From contig DATJPR010000130.1 in assembly GCA_035506295.1 (NCBI GenBank), positions 2,414-66,413 on the forward strand: 64,000 nucleotides of DNA, written 5' to 3'. The position numbers and the translations under genes are program-made. How positions within the stretch are numbered: position 1 is the first letter of the stretch; each line of letters starts with the position of its first letter. Origin of the DNA: Bacteroidota bacterium (lineage in GTDB: Bacteria > Bacteroidota > Ignavibacteria > UBA10030 > UBA6906). Below the pieces are notes generated by a model. The model did not search any database and was not told the DNA's origin. It saw only the letters and a program-made list of their open reading frames with translations. This document shows, piece after piece, positions 1 to 10,964 of this stretch.

Positions 1-235
1 AGGTGTCGTCCGGCGGGGAAGCGCTTCAATCCGCGACGGATGATTTCGACATCAATGTCCTGCGAACGCCGCTGGTCTTTGTCGATGTCCACCTTCATAC
101 TGACGAAATCCTGAAGCTGCAGAATACCCCCGCAGGGAGCGAATGGGGGACCGTCCCCACACCGACCTTCTGAACAAAGGCATGGAGAAACACGGATGAT
201 CGGGGGACTTGCTTTTGATAGTGGAAGTGGTTTAT

Positions 236-255
236 ATTTCGTTAGTTGACGAAAT
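236..255. promoter_or_regulatory. Candidate ArsR/SmtB operator: perfect inverted repeat ATTTCGT-N6-ACGAAAT
   Basis: Read directly: ATTTCGT (236-242), spacer tagttg, ACGAAAT (249-255). It lies 13 nt upstream of the arsR ATG at 269 in an AT-rich stretch. ArsR-family repressors usually bind dyads in their own promoter. Confidence 0.4.
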
Positions 256-268
256 GAGGAATTGACTC

Positions 269-622
269 ATGACCCGCGAAGACGTCCGGGTATTTAAGGC
301 ACTGGGCGATGCGAATCGCCTCAGGATTGTCAAGATACTGGGAGAACGGGAACTCTGCCTTTGCGAGATCCGTGAGGTGCTGGGACTCTCCAACTCTACG
401 GTGTCGAAGCATCTCTCGATCCTGCGCGACGCTGGACTCATCCTCGACTCCAAGGAGGGGAAGTGGGTTAATTTCCGCCTGAACTCGGCCGCGGGAAGTT
501 CGCACATTCGTTCGATTCTGGATCTGATGCGAAAATCGTACGGCAACGACGAAACCGTCCGGGCTGATGCGAAAAAGCTTTCCTCCGTCAACCGGCAAAA
601 GATCTGCAAACTCTCAAGCTGA
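269..622 (+). CDS. arsR: ArsR/SmtB family metalloregulatory transcription repressor
   Basis: 117 aa. Winged-helix signature LGDANRLRIVKIL...ELCLCEI...LSNSTVSKHLSILRDAGL with the CxC metal site. First gene of an ars cluster. Confidence 0.9.
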   Translation: MTREDVRVFKALGDANRLRIVKILGERELCLCEIREVLGLSNSTVSKHLSILRDAGLILDSKEGKWVNFRLNSAAGSSHIRSILDLMRKSYGNDETVRADAKKLSSVNRQKICKLSS

Positions 623-627
623 CAGGA

Positions 628-882
628 ATGACTATGACGATCAAGGTTCTTGGTCCCGGGTGCGCTAATTGCCGTACGCTCGAACATCGCACACGCGAGG
701 CGCTTGCCCAGCTCAACATTGCTGCCGCGCTCGAAAAAGTTGAAGACTACATGCAGATTGCCTCCTACGGAATCATGCGAACCCCCGGGTTGGTGATCGA
801 TGAAAAAGTCGTGCTTTCCGGGCAGGTCCCGAGCGTGGAACAGATCAAGCAGATTCTCCTTTCGCATCAGGTGGTCGCATGA
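628..882 (+). CDS. Small thioredoxin-fold protein (redox-active disulfide protein 2-like, CxxC)
   Basis: 84 aa. N-terminal KVLGPGCANC CxxC motif and C-terminal MRTPGLVIDEKVV, typical of the small Trx-like proteins found in ars operons. Its stop overlaps the start of the next gene. Confidence 0.8.
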   Translation: MTMTIKVLGPGCANCRTLEHRTREALAQLNIAAALEKVEDYMQIASYGIMRTPGLVIDEKVVLSGQVPSVEQIKQILLSHQVVA

Positions 883-1904
883 AGAGCGCCATGGCGCAGC
901 GCCCAGATTGGATCGTTGCGCTTCTTCTGCCGCTTTGGGTCGTCCTCTATCTTCTTCTTCAGCCGCTTGCCGATGGTCTCGTTTCACTTGCCGCGCTCAC
1001 GACCGGCGAACGACTGACCGAAAGCGTTCGCTTCTTTCTCTTCGAGGCACCGAAGGTCCTGCTTCTCCTTGTTCTTGTGATCTTCGCGGTCGGGATCGTA
1101 CGATCATTCTTCTCTCCGGAACGCACACGTGCCATTCTGGCGAAACGGTCGCCGATCGCCGGAAGCACGCTTGCAGGTCTCCTGGGCATCGTGACCCCCT
1201 TCTGCTCGTGCTCGGCCGTCCCGCTTTTCATCGGATTTGTCGAATCCGGTGTACCCCTTGGCGCGACGTTCTCCTTCCTCGTCGCTGCGCCCATGATCAA
1301 CGAGGTTGCCGTCGTGTTGTTGTTTGGACTTTTTGGCTGGAAGACCGCACTGCTGTACGTTGGGACCGGGCTGGCGATCGCCATAGGATCAGGGTATGTC
1401 ATCGGGAAGATCAACGTTGGACGATTCGTGGAGGATTGGGTCTTCGAGATTCATTCATCCGGCAACTTGACCCCAGGGAAAGAGGTGCACTTCGCGGATC
1501 GAATCCATTCAGGATATGAGGCAGTCTCGACGATCGTGGGCAAAGTGTGGCCGTACCTTCTTGTCGGGATTGGAGTAGGCGCAGGGATTCATGGTTACGC
1601 TCCGGAAGACTTCCTTGCCGGCATCATGGGCAAATCTGTCTGGTGGTCCGTACCTGTTGCCGTCCTCATCGGGGTCCCGCTCTATTCGAACGCCGCAGGC
1701 GTCGTCCCCATCCTCAGCGCGCTGCTCGAGAAAGGGGCTGCCTTGGGGACCGCTCTCGCATTCATGATGTCAGTGATCGGCCTTTCTCTGCCGGAGACGA
1801 TAATACTGCGCAAGGTCCTGAAGCCGCCTCTGATCGGAATCTTTGTCGGTGTCGTCGCGTGCGGGATCATTGTTGTGGGCTTCATTTTCAATATGGTGTA
1901 CTAG
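879..1904 (+). CDS. arsP: ArsP-type permease (DUF318 family, putative organoarsenical efflux)
   Basis: 341 aa polytopic membrane protein carrying the TPFCSCSAVP motif characteristic of ArsP permeases. ATGA overlap with the upstream gene. Confidence 0.8.
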   Translation: MKSAMAQRPDWIVALLLPLWVVLYLLLQPLADGLVSLAALTTGERLTESVRFFLFEAPKVLLLLVLVIFAVGIVRSFFSPERTRAILAKRSPIAGSTLAGLLGIVTPFCSCSAVPLFIGFVESGVPLGATFSFLVAAPMINEVAVVLLFGLFGWKTALLYVGTGLAIAIGSGYVIGKINVGRFVEDWVFEIHSSGNLTPGKEVHFADRIHSGYEAVSTIVGKVWPYLLVGIGVGAGIHGYAPEDFLAGIMGKSVWWSVPVAVLIGVPLYSNAAGVVPILSALLEKGAALGTALAFMMSVIGLSLPETIILRKVLKPPLIGIFVGVVACGIIVVGFIFNMVY

Positions 1905-1990
1905 ATGGAGGTTGAGGTTTACTTATCGTCGGAAAACAATTCCCGGGTCAGGACAAACAGCATCACTCAATTCCCAGAGGAGATTTCTAT

Positions 1991-2443
1991 ATGGCAAAGA
2001 CCCGAGTTTTGTTCGTGTGCGTGCAGAATAGCGCACGGAGCCAGATGGCGGCGGCACTGTTGAACCATGAATTCGGAGGGGAGTTCGAGGCGGAGAGCGC
2101 GGGGATCGAGCCGGGCTCGTTAAATCCGCTTGCCGTGGAAGCAATGCATGAAATCGGGATCGACATCTCACGGAATAGGACAAACGATGTGTTCGATTTC
2201 TACCGGGAAGGGAGAAGGTACTCCTACGTGATCACGGTGTGTGATGAATCCAGCGGCGAGCGATGCCCTCTGTTCCCCGGAATAACGAAACGGCTTCACT
2301 GGAGCTTCGACGACCCTGCGACGTTCACAGGCCCGGAAGAGGTGAAGTTGAAGAAGACCATCAAAGTCCGGGACGAAATCCAGGTACAGATTCGACAGTG
2401 GGTGGGGGAGCTCGACAACCAAAGCGGGAAGGCGAAACGATGA
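1991..2443 (+). CDS. arsC: Arsenate reductase, LMW-PTPase/thioredoxin-coupled type
   Basis: 150 aa. P-loop [15 protein letters not shown] (CX5R) plus downstream Cys pair ([11 protein letters not shown]). SD GAGGAG upstream. Confidence 0.9.
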   Translation: MAKTRVLFVCVQNSARSQMAAALLNHEFGGEFEAESAGIEPGSLNPLAVEAMHEIGIDISRNRTNDVFDFYREGRRYSYVITVCDESSGERCPLFPGITKRLHWSFDDPATFTGPEEVKLKKTIKVRDEIQVQIRQWVGELDNQSGKAKR

Positions 2444-3495
2444 GCAGGACGCCGGCCAGGCTCCGCGGCTTCGACCGCTATCTCACACTGTGGATCTTCG
2501 TTGCTATGCTCGCAGGAGTCGTCTGGGGATATTTATCCCCTGGCATTGTCGAGTTCTGGGGGAAGTTGCAGGCTGGCACGACGAGCATTCCCATCGCCGT
2601 CGGTCTCATCCTGATGATGTATCCCCCTCTTGCCAAAGTCCGCTATGAAGAACTTCCTGTTGTTTTCAAAAATCCTCGCCTCCTCGTATTATCGCTCGCG
2701 CAAAATTGGATCGTCGGACCGTTGATCATGTTCGTCCTTGCCGCGGTCTTTCTCCCCGACAGGCCTGACATGATGATCGGCGTAATCCTCGTCGGACTCG
2801 CACGATGTATCGCGATGGTCCTTGTTTGGAACGATCTTGCAGGGGGCGATTCCGAGTTGGCTGCGGGGTTGGTGGCCTTCAACGCTTTGTTCCAGATCCT
2901 TTTCTATTCCCTCTATGCCTTCGTCTTTATCACCTTTCTTCCACCTCTCTTTGGCGTGCGAGGAGCCGTCGTCGACGTCTCGATCGGAAACGTTGCAGAG
3001 ACTGTGTTTGTCTATCTCGGAATCCCCTTTGCCGCGGGTATCCTGACACGGGCGATCCTGGTGAGAGCAAAAGGAAAGATGTGGTATCACAGCAAATTCA
3101 TCCCGAAGATTTCGCCGTTGACACCCATTGCGTTGCTCTTCACGATTCTCGTAATGTTCTCGTTGAAAGGGGAGAAGATCGTCGAGCTCCCACTCGATGT
3201 TCTCCGTGTGGCGATCCCCTATAGCGTCTACTTCGGCCTCATGTTCTTTCTTACCTTCTTCATGGCCAAGCGGCTGGGGGCGTCGTATGAGAAGAGTGCG
3301 ACGCTTGCGTTCACCGCCGGGAGCAATGACTTCGAGCTTGCGATTGCCGTGGGAGTGGCCGTGTTTGGCATCAATTCTCCTGCAGCGTTCGCAACTGTCA
3401 TTGGACCACTGGTGGAGGTGCCGGTTCTTATCGGCCTCGTGAACGTGGCATTGTACTTTCGAAGGAAATTCTTTGGAGGTGCGCTTTCGGCATAG
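2440..3495 (+). CDS. acr3: ACR3-family arsenite efflux transporter
   Basis: ORF-track frame 2263..3495. I place the start at ATG 2440 ([20 protein letters not shown]), which overlaps the arsC stop (ATGA). Polytopic, with typical Acr3 segments ([19 protein letters not shown]). Confidence 0.9.
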   Translation: MSRTPARLRGFDRYLTLWIFVAMLAGVVWGYLSPGIVEFWGKLQAGTTSIPIAVGLILMMYPPLAKVRYEELPVVFKNPRLLVLSLAQNWIVGPLIMFVLAAVFLPDRPDMMIGVILVGLARCIAMVLVWNDLAGGDSELAAGLVAFNALFQILFYSLYAFVFITFLPPLFGVRGAVVDVSIGNVAETVFVYLGIPFAAGILTRAILVRAKGKMWYHSKFIPKISPLTPIALLFTILVMFSLKGEKIVELPLDVLRVAIPYSVYFGLMFFLTFFMAKRLGASYEKSATLAFTAGSNDFELAIAVGVAVFGINSPAAFATVIGPLVEVPVLIGLVNVALYFRRKFFGGALSA

Positions 3496-3582
3496 CGCGG
3501 TCTCGACCGCCAGCACCGATGTGCGGTTGTTCCGCGGAGAAAGCAGGCTGTCACTGATATGCCGGTCGCGCGCGCAGGGCCT

Positions 3583-3987
3583 TCAACGCGACAGCTGTGT
3601 GTATTGTTCGTCGGTGACCTTTTCCATCCACTCGACCGCCTTCCCGTTAAGTTGCTCCTGGATGGCGATATGTGACATCGCCGTGGCTGGATCAGCACCA
3701 TGCCAGTGCTTTTCTCCCGCAGGGAACCAAACCACATCTCCCGGTCGAATCTCCTCGACCGGCCCTCCCCAACGTTGAACGCGGCCGGAACCGGACGTCA
3801 CAATGAGCGTCTGGCCCAGCGGATGAGTGTGCCATGCCGTGCGTGCACCGGGTTCAAACGTCACCGTTGCCCCGGCGACGCGTCCTGGCGCTTCCGCCTG
3901 AAAGAGTGGGTCAATTCTGACGGTCCCGGTGAACCACTCTGACGGCCCCTTCCCGGAGGGTTGCGAACCGATGCGCTTGATCTCCAT
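3583..3987 (-). CDS. Cupin domain protein
   Basis: 134 aa. Cupin motifs [15 protein letters not shown] and [15 protein letters not shown]. Last gene of a minus-strand three-gene unit. Confidence 0.8.
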   Translation of the reverse strand: MEIKRIGSQPSGKGPSEWFTGTVRIDPLFQAEAPGRVAGATVTFEPGARTAWHTHPLGQTLIVTSGSGRVQRWGGPVEEIRPGDVVWFPAGEKHWHGADPATAMSHIAIQEQLNGKAVEWMEKVTDEQYTQLSR

Positions 3988-4051
3988 AATTCACTTTTGC
4001 CTCTGTAGTTCTTGATGTCCGTGTTTCGGCGACGGCCGGAATTCCAGATTT

Positions 4052-5107
4052 CTAGTTCTGGAGTGACGCCATATCGATGACGAACCGATAATGGACATCG
4101 CCTTTTTGGAGCCGATCGAACGCTTCGTTGACCTCGTCCATCGTGATGAGCTCTATCTCGGCGGTGATGGAATGCCGGGCACAGAAGTCCAACATCTCCT
4201 GGGTCTCCGCAATTCCCCCGATGTTCGAGCCAGAAAAACTCTTCCTGCCGCCCACGAGGTTGAACGCGCCGACGGGAATCTGGTCTGCCGGCAATCCGAC
4301 TAGTACGAGGGCTCCGTCAACTTTCAGCAAGCTGAGATACGCGTTCACATCATGCCTCGCTGAGACAGTATCCAGGATCATATCCAGCCTGGCGTGCCGA
4401 TGCATTTGCTCAGGATCTGTGGATAGCACAACATCATCCGCGCCAAGCCGTTTGGCATCCTTTGCCTTCGAAAGGGAGGTGGTGAAGACAACGACACTGG
4501 CGCCCATCGCTTTGGCAATCTTGATCGCCACGTGGCCCAAACCGCCCATGCCGATGATGCCGACCGTCATCCCCGGTCCGGCATGCCAATGCCTGAGGGG
4601 CGAATAGACCGTGATCCCGGCACAAAGCAGAGGGGCGGCAGTTGCAGGGTCGAGATTCTCGGGCAGACGAAGCACGTAGTGCTCATCCACAACGATGCTC
4701 TCCGAGAAGCCACCGTAGGTGTGCCCGCCCAGGTATTTGTCCGGCGAGCCGAACACGACCGTCATGCCCTTTTCGCAAAACTGTTCCAAGCCGGCTTTGC
4801 AGTACTCGCATTCGCCGCACGAGTCGACGATGCATCCGACTGCGGCAAGCTGACCGACCTTCAGTCGCGTCACCTGGCTTCCCACCTGAACGACCTTCCC
4901 GATAATTTCGTGTCCGGGGACGATCGGATACGACGTGTGCCCCCACTCATTTCTGACGGAATGGAGGTCAGAGTGACAGATGCCGCAATAAGCTATGTCG
5001 ATCTGCACGTCGTGAGGTGTGAGGGCGCGACGGCTGATGTCTATGAGATGGAGCGGCCTTCCCGCCGCGTCTGTTCCGTATGCCTTTGCTGTTTTCGTGT
5101 TCATCAT
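4052..5107 (-). CDS. Zn-dependent NAD(P)-alcohol dehydrogenase (YahK/AdhA-like)
   Basis: GICHSDLH and GHEIIG zinc motifs, structural-zinc Cys cluster CGECEYC, Rossmann GIIGMGGLGH. The track start at 5164 is a TTG. ATG at 5107/5104 (MMNTKTAKAYG) is more likely, but the start is uncertain. Confidence 0.85.
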   Translation of the reverse strand: MMNTKTAKAYGTDAAGRPLHLIDISRRALTPHDVQIDIAYCGICHSDLHSVRNEWGHTSYPIVPGHEIIGKVVQVGSQVTRLKVGQLAAVGCIVDSCGECEYCKAGLEQFCEKGMTVVFGSPDKYLGGHTYGGFSESIVVDEHYVLRLPENLDPATAAPLLCAGITVYSPLRHWHAGPGMTVGIIGMGGLGHVAIKIAKAMGASVVVFTTSLSKAKDAKRLGADDVVLSTDPEQMHRHARLDMILDTVSARHDVNAYLSLLKVDGALVLVGLPADQIPVGAFNLVGGRKSFSGSNIGGIAETQEMLDFCARHSITAEIELITMDEVNEAFDRLQKGDVHYRFVIDMASLQN

Positions 5108-5147
5108 TGATTGTGTCGATTGTTGTTGATCCTCGATTTCTCCAGCA

Positions 5148-6245
<1,098 letters not shown>

Positions 6246-6264
6246 TCACTTTGGAGGGACCGAG

Positions 6265-7191
6265 ATGAGGACTGCCGTCGCAGACGTTACCACAAGCCTT
6301 CTCGACCTGGCCCGGCAATACTGCAAACGGGAGGGGATATATACCACGCCTCTTCCTGGATTCAACGTCGTGAGGAGGGACAGGACATCCGAGGCAATTG
6401 TCGGGCGATATGCGACACTCGTTTGCCTCGTTCTTCAGGGGGAAAAGAAGGTCTGGAGCGGGAGGAATGTTTTCCGATACAACCCGGAAAGCTACCTGGT
6501 AAGCTGCGTGGACGTACCGGCCACATTCCAGGTCACCAAAGCGACACCGAAAGAGCCATACGTGGGGCTCACCCTTGAATTGCAGCCCTCGCTTATCTAC
6601 CAGATCCTCCACGATTCACCCGTAGAGGATCTTGGAGAAGAAGACGTTGCGGGCGGATTCTTCGTGGAAAAGGTTACGCCGGCCCTTGCGGATGCGTTTG
6701 TGCGATTGATGAGATCAATCGGGACGAAGGAGGAACTCAGCGTCCTCGCTCCTTCCATCGTCCGGGAAATTCATTTTCGTCTCATGAATTCGCGATATGG
6801 TACAAAGATCCGGCAACTCGGCGTGGTCGGGAGCAGGTCTCAGAGGATCAGCAAAGTCGTCGACCACATGCTGAAGGAATACGCAGCGCCACTGAAAATC
6901 AATGACCTCGCGCGGATGGCGAACATGAGTCCATCCTCCTTCCATATGCATTTTCGCCAGGTGACGAACATGAGCCCGCTGCAGTACCAGAAACGGATTC
7001 GGTTGCAGGAGGCCCGTCGGTTGCTGAGCGTCGAGAGAACCGATGCGGCGAGTGTAGCGTTTACGGTCGGCTATGAAAGCCCATCCCAATTCAGCCGGGA
7101 ATACAAACGCCTCTTCGGTCAGCCACCGATGCGCGACATGGAACGCATGCGGGGAGCCGTCATTCAGAGCGTCGTTGCCGGAGCCGATTGA
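6265..7191 (+). CDS. AraC family transcriptional regulator (AraC_N + HTH_18)
   Basis: 308 aa. C-terminal double HTH (MSPSSFHMHFRQVTNMSPLQYQKRIRLQEARRLL...GYESPSQFSREYKRLFGQPP). Divergent from the AKR/ADH/cupin unit. Confidence 0.85.
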   Translation: MRTAVADVTTSLLDLARQYCKREGIYTTPLPGFNVVRRDRTSEAIVGRYATLVCLVLQGEKKVWSGRNVFRYNPESYLVSCVDVPATFQVTKATPKEPYVGLTLELQPSLIYQILHDSPVEDLGEEDVAGGFFVEKVTPALADAFVRLMRSIGTKEELSVLAPSIVREIHFRLMNSRYGTKIRQLGVVGSRSQRISKVVDHMLKEYAAPLKINDLARMANMSPSSFHMHFRQVTNMSPLQYQKRIRLQEARRLLSVERTDAASVAFTVGYESPSQFSREYKRLFGQPPMRDMERMRGAVIQSVVAGAD

Positions 7192-7345
7192 TACTCGTTG
7201 CCATCGCCTCGCCACTTTCGTATATTATGCGCGCGGCACCTCCGTCGTTCGCCAGAAGAAAAGTGTGAGACTTCAATTTTTTGGTGGTAAGCGCCCTCAC
7301 CTGCGCTCATGAGTGTAGGACGAGGGGTGTCAGGCTCGCCGATCA

Positions 7346-7615
7346 TCATTCCGAGACATTTGGCAGCCGGCCGAAGCGTGAGATCAAATCAGCCAGGAGT
7401 TCGGTTTCCTTTTCATCCTGGAGCTCTTTCAATCTCTCGGCCCAATACTCTTCATCGTTTCCCAGCGCGGACGCTGCGATCTGTGCAAAGAAGGCTTTGA
7501 GAGCGAATAGCTGGCAGTGGAGGGCCAGTTGCCTCGCCATGAGTTCACCGACGACACTTGATGGAAATTCAAAATCGAACTGTCGGATGAGCTCTCCTGG
7601 ATCGTTATTCATCAC
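7346..7615 (-). CDS. Hypothetical small acidic protein
   Basis: 89-aa ORF downstream of, and co-oriented with, the chemoreceptor gene. No recognisable motif. Confidence 0.35.
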   Translation of the reverse strand: MMNNDPGELIRQFDFEFPSSVVGELMARQLALHCQLFALKAFFAQIAASALGNDEEYWAERLKELQDEKETELLADLISRFGRLPNVSE

Positions 7616-7747
7616 CTCGCCTTTTTGTAATTCTCGACTTTGGGTGCCCGTCTGTACTCCAGGGGACAGCCGGCGCTGCGAGCGTTTCGCGCGAGCCAGC
7701 TCTTAGAAATCGACCGCAATCAACGGTGTTTCTTCGTCTCACAGACT

Positions 7748-10729
7748 TCATGCTCCTTTGCTGTTCTCAAGTGTGCCGTTCGACCGCACGGCGATAGATC
7801 CCTTCTCTTCGCTCTTCAAGGTTTCGGTTCGATTCCCCTTTGATAGAATGAACCTCCCCACAAGGCGCTGCAGATTCTCGCTCATTCTGCTCAAATCCTC
7901 CGCCGCACGAGCGATTTGTTGCGTGCCGCTGGCAGATTGAGCGGTGACCGTTGATATTGCCTCCACATTCTTGCTGATCTGTTCACTCGCGGAAGATTGT
8001 TCCTCTGACGCAGCCGCAATCTGTGCCACCATGTCGGTCACCCGCTGGCTGATCCGGACGATATCGCCTAGTGCCACCCCTGCTTTGTCCGCGAGGGCAA
8101 TCCCCGCCTCCACCTCCTGCGTCCCCACCTCCATCGACGACACCGCTCCGTGCGTGTCCTGCTGGATCTTCTTGATCATCCCCGCGATTTCCTTTGTGGC
8201 CTTCGTCGTCCGCTCGGCGAGTTTCCGCACCTCGTCCGCCACGACGGCAAACCCTCGGCCCTTGTCCCCCGCCCGCGCAGCTTCAATCGCCGCATTCAGC
8301 GCCAGAAGATTCGTCTGGTCGGCGATATCATCGATGACGGTAATGATCTCCCCGATCTGATCAGAACTCTTCCCAAGCTCCTTCACCGTTTCCGCGCTCT
8401 GACCGACCACTTCCGATATCCGGCGCATCCCCTTCACAGTGTCAGCCACCACCAGTCCACCCGCCTCCGCATTCTGCTTCGCTTCCCTCGCCACGTTCGC
8501 GGTCTCAGAGGCATTTCGGGAGTTCTCCAGGATCGTCTTCGCCATCTCCTCTACCGCCCCCGCCACTTCCGCCGCCTGGCTCGTCTGCTCCTGCGTCCCT
8601 GCCGCCAGCTCTTCCGTGCTCGAACTGATCTGATTTGATGCGCTTGCCGCCGCACTCACCGCCTCTTCAACCTCCTTCAACGCTTTCTCCAGCGAATCGG
8701 TCACTCCGTTAATAGAGTCCTTCAGCCTCCTGTGGTCACCTTTGTACTCACCGATCATTCTCACCGTGAGATCACCTTCCGCCGCCTTTTCCAGTACACG
8801 CCGCCCCTCCTCGACTGGGAGGATGATTGTATCGAGCAGGTGATTGAGGCCAGCCACCATCTTCTCAAATTCACCCTCGAGTCCCTCGGTCTTCGCCCGG
8901 GCTGAGAGATCACCGTCGGTTGCTTTCGTGGAGAGATCGATGACTTCACCAGCAAGTCGGCCGATGTTTTCGTAGAGCCTAATGAACGAGGGTAATGCGA
9001 CATCCTGTTCACTCCTGCGCCCGATCGCCCGGATCTTTTCCAGCTGTGTCATGTGACCTCGGGAAACCTCTTCCACCATGAACACGACCTGCGACAGCCG
9101 CTCGCGTGTTTCATTTACTGCTCGTCCAATCTCTCCAAAAATCCCTTCATAGCTCCCTTCGACGGTGTGCGTGAGATCGTTCACCGCCAGGCGGCTCATG
9201 ACATAGGCTCCTTCCTTCAACCCTTCCAAGCCATCGATACAGCTGTTGAGACTCTCTTCGATCTTGGCGAAATCGCCCTGGTAGCCCATATGTGTCTTCT
9301 GCGGGATTTCTCCCCGGCCGATCTTCTGGAGGACATCGGACGACACTTTCAACGGATCGATGACTGCGTCGAGAGTTGCATTCACGCCGTCTACGATCTT
9401 CTTGAAGTCTCCATGATGTTTCGTCGCATCCGCGCGAGTGGAGAGCTTTCCTTCGATCCCGGCTGATGACAGCATCTTGGTATCTGCAACGAGCGCATTG
9501 ACTGCGTCGATGCAGGTGTTGAGATTGGTCTTCAGCGTGTTGAAATCCCCATGATATTCACTCGTGATCTTCGCCGGGATCTCTCCCTTGCTGATCGCAT
9601 CCACGTATTGTGCAGCAGTCGTCAACGGCCCGATAACCGCCTCCATCGTCGCATTTACCCCCGCGATAATGTCTCGATATGCTCCTTCGAATGCTGAAAC
9701 GTCGCCCCGCATCGACAAATACCCCTGAACAGCTGCATCTGTCAGCAACTGCATTTGTTTCACAAGCCCCTGCAATGCCTCGATCGTACGCCTCAGCGAT
9801 GGCGTGATCTCATCCTCATCGCTCAGCTCCGCGATGGCCACGGTCAGATGTCCGCTCGCCACATTGTTCATGGCGCCGGCGATTCCTTTGAGTGTGTCGG
9901 CCAGGCTATTCATCGCCTGCGACATTTGGCCCACCTCATCGGTCGAAGAGACTGCAAGACGCATACCCAGCGATCCTCGCGAGAGATGCCGGATCATTTC
10001 GAGCGCCTGTCCCAGCGGTCGGGAAATGAGTCTCGTGATGGCGATGCCGAGGAACATCGCAAGTGCAACGGCAATGACGACAGCGATCCCAACAATGATC
10101 GACGAGGAGGCTTCGACCGCCTTTGACTGTCGGGCTGTGTCCTTGGCGATCTGATCGTCGAGTTGAATCATGGTTTTCAGGTTTTTTTGTACATCAAGAG
10201 CCTTCTGGCGAGATTCGAGAGAGGCCTTGAAAACCCGCGCGTCAAGGTCGGCGATTCTCGCATCGCTGAGAGCAAACTTTGCGCTTACAAGTCGATCCTT
10301 CTCTTCGGAGAGAGTGCGGATCGTTCTGTGTGCAGTGAGCCATGTTTGCCACGAGAACTTCACCTGCTCCCAGAGTGCTTGCTGCTCCCTCGTCATGGGG
10401 AGCGCATTCAACACGGCATTGGCCGAATCTGCACGGGCAAATGCCGCATCGATCCACGCATACTGCGCTTGCCGAAGATCCGTTCGCATCATTTGTTGAT
10501 TGATGAGGCCGCGTTCGCCAACCCAAACCGCCTGCTGAGCTTCGCTCAGGGCGAGTAGTGAGCGTGACGTTGGAATGCGTACGTCGACCAAACTTGAAGT
10601 GTTCTCACCAAGTCTGGACAGCCCGACATAGCCGATGAGGCCCACAGCGGCAGCATTGAGTGCGACAATGCTGAATGAAATGAGAAGCTTGGAACGGATC
10701 TTCAGGTTTGCAAACCAAGTTTTCATCAT
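7748..10729 (-). CDS. Methyl-accepting chemotaxis protein with extended repeat-module region
   Basis: 993 aa. It has two TM segments flanking a ~170-aa periplasmic helical domain, a HAMP-like region and ~7 repeat modules. The canonical MCP signalling hairpin follows ([38 protein letters not shown]). Confidence 0.9.
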   Translation of the reverse strand: MMKTWFANLKIRSKLLISFSIVALNAAAVGLIGYVGLSRLGENTSSLVDVRIPTSRSLLALSEAQQAVWVGERGLINQQMMRTDLRQAQYAWIDAAFARADSANAVLNALPMTREQQALWEQVKFSWQTWLTAHRTIRTLSEEKDRLVSAKFALSDARIADLDARVFKASLESRQKALDVQKNLKTMIQLDDQIAKDTARQSKAVEASSSIIVGIAVVIAVALAMFLGIAITRLISRPLGQALEMIRHLSRGSLGMRLAVSSTDEVGQMSQAMNSLADTLKGIAGAMNNVASGHLTVAIAELSDEDEITPSLRRTIEALQGLVKQMQLLTDAAVQGYLSMRGDVSAFEGAYRDIIAGVNATMEAVIGPLTTAAQYVDAISKGEIPAKITSEYHGDFNTLKTNLNTCIDAVNALVADTKMLSSAGIEGKLSTRADATKHHGDFKKIVDGVNATLDAVIDPLKVSSDVLQKIGRGEIPQKTHMGYQGDFAKIEESLNSCIDGLEGLKEGAYVMSRLAVNDLTHTVEGSYEGIFGEIGRAVNETRERLSQVVFMVEEVSRGHMTQLEKIRAIGRRSEQDVALPSFIRLYENIGRLAGEVIDLSTKATDGDLSARAKTEGLEGEFEKMVAGLNHLLDTIILPVEEGRRVLEKAAEGDLTVRMIGEYKGDHRRLKDSINGVTDSLEKALKEVEEAVSAAASASNQISSSTEELAAGTQEQTSQAAEVAGAVEEMAKTILENSRNASETANVAREAKQNAEAGGLVVADTVKGMRRISEVVGQSAETVKELGKSSDQIGEIITVIDDIADQTNLLALNAAIEAARAGDKGRGFAVVADEVRKLAERTTKATKEIAGMIKKIQQDTHGAVSSMEVGTQEVEAGIALADKAGVALGDIVRISQRVTDMVAQIAAASEEQSSASEQISKNVEAISTVTAQSASGTQQIARAAEDLSRMSENLQRLVGRFILSKGNRTETLKSEEKGSIAVRSNGTLENSKGA

Positions 10730-10964
10730 GACACCTGTCTATAGTTCTGTCTGAACTCTGCTCGGAAGCTTTTGTTGATTCCCCCGACAAGGACGATACC
10801 GCTGTTGCGACAAACACATCCCGGCGGCGGCACCCCTCAGCGATCACAAATCGAAACCCACGGCCCTGATCCCCGCCTTGCCATTTCAACGCCTCCTTCA
10901 GGGCCGGTGGGTTTGTCGATTGCAGCTCTCCTCAACTCCCCCAATCTGTCGGGTTCGCGCCTTG

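Noticed and set aside
1-173. Edge ORFs: a plus-strand frame open from the window edge to TGA 171-173, and a minus-strand ORF starting at ATG 98 and running off the left edge.
   Set aside because: Both have high GC3 and neither shows a recognisable motif or SD. The strand cannot be resolved from fewer than 60 codons, so neither is reported as a feature.
232-3516. Minus-strand ORFs 232-987 (251 aa) and 2689-3516 (275 aa) across the ars operon.
   Set aside because: They lie opposite well-supported arsR/Trx/arsP and acr3 genes. Shadow ORFs.
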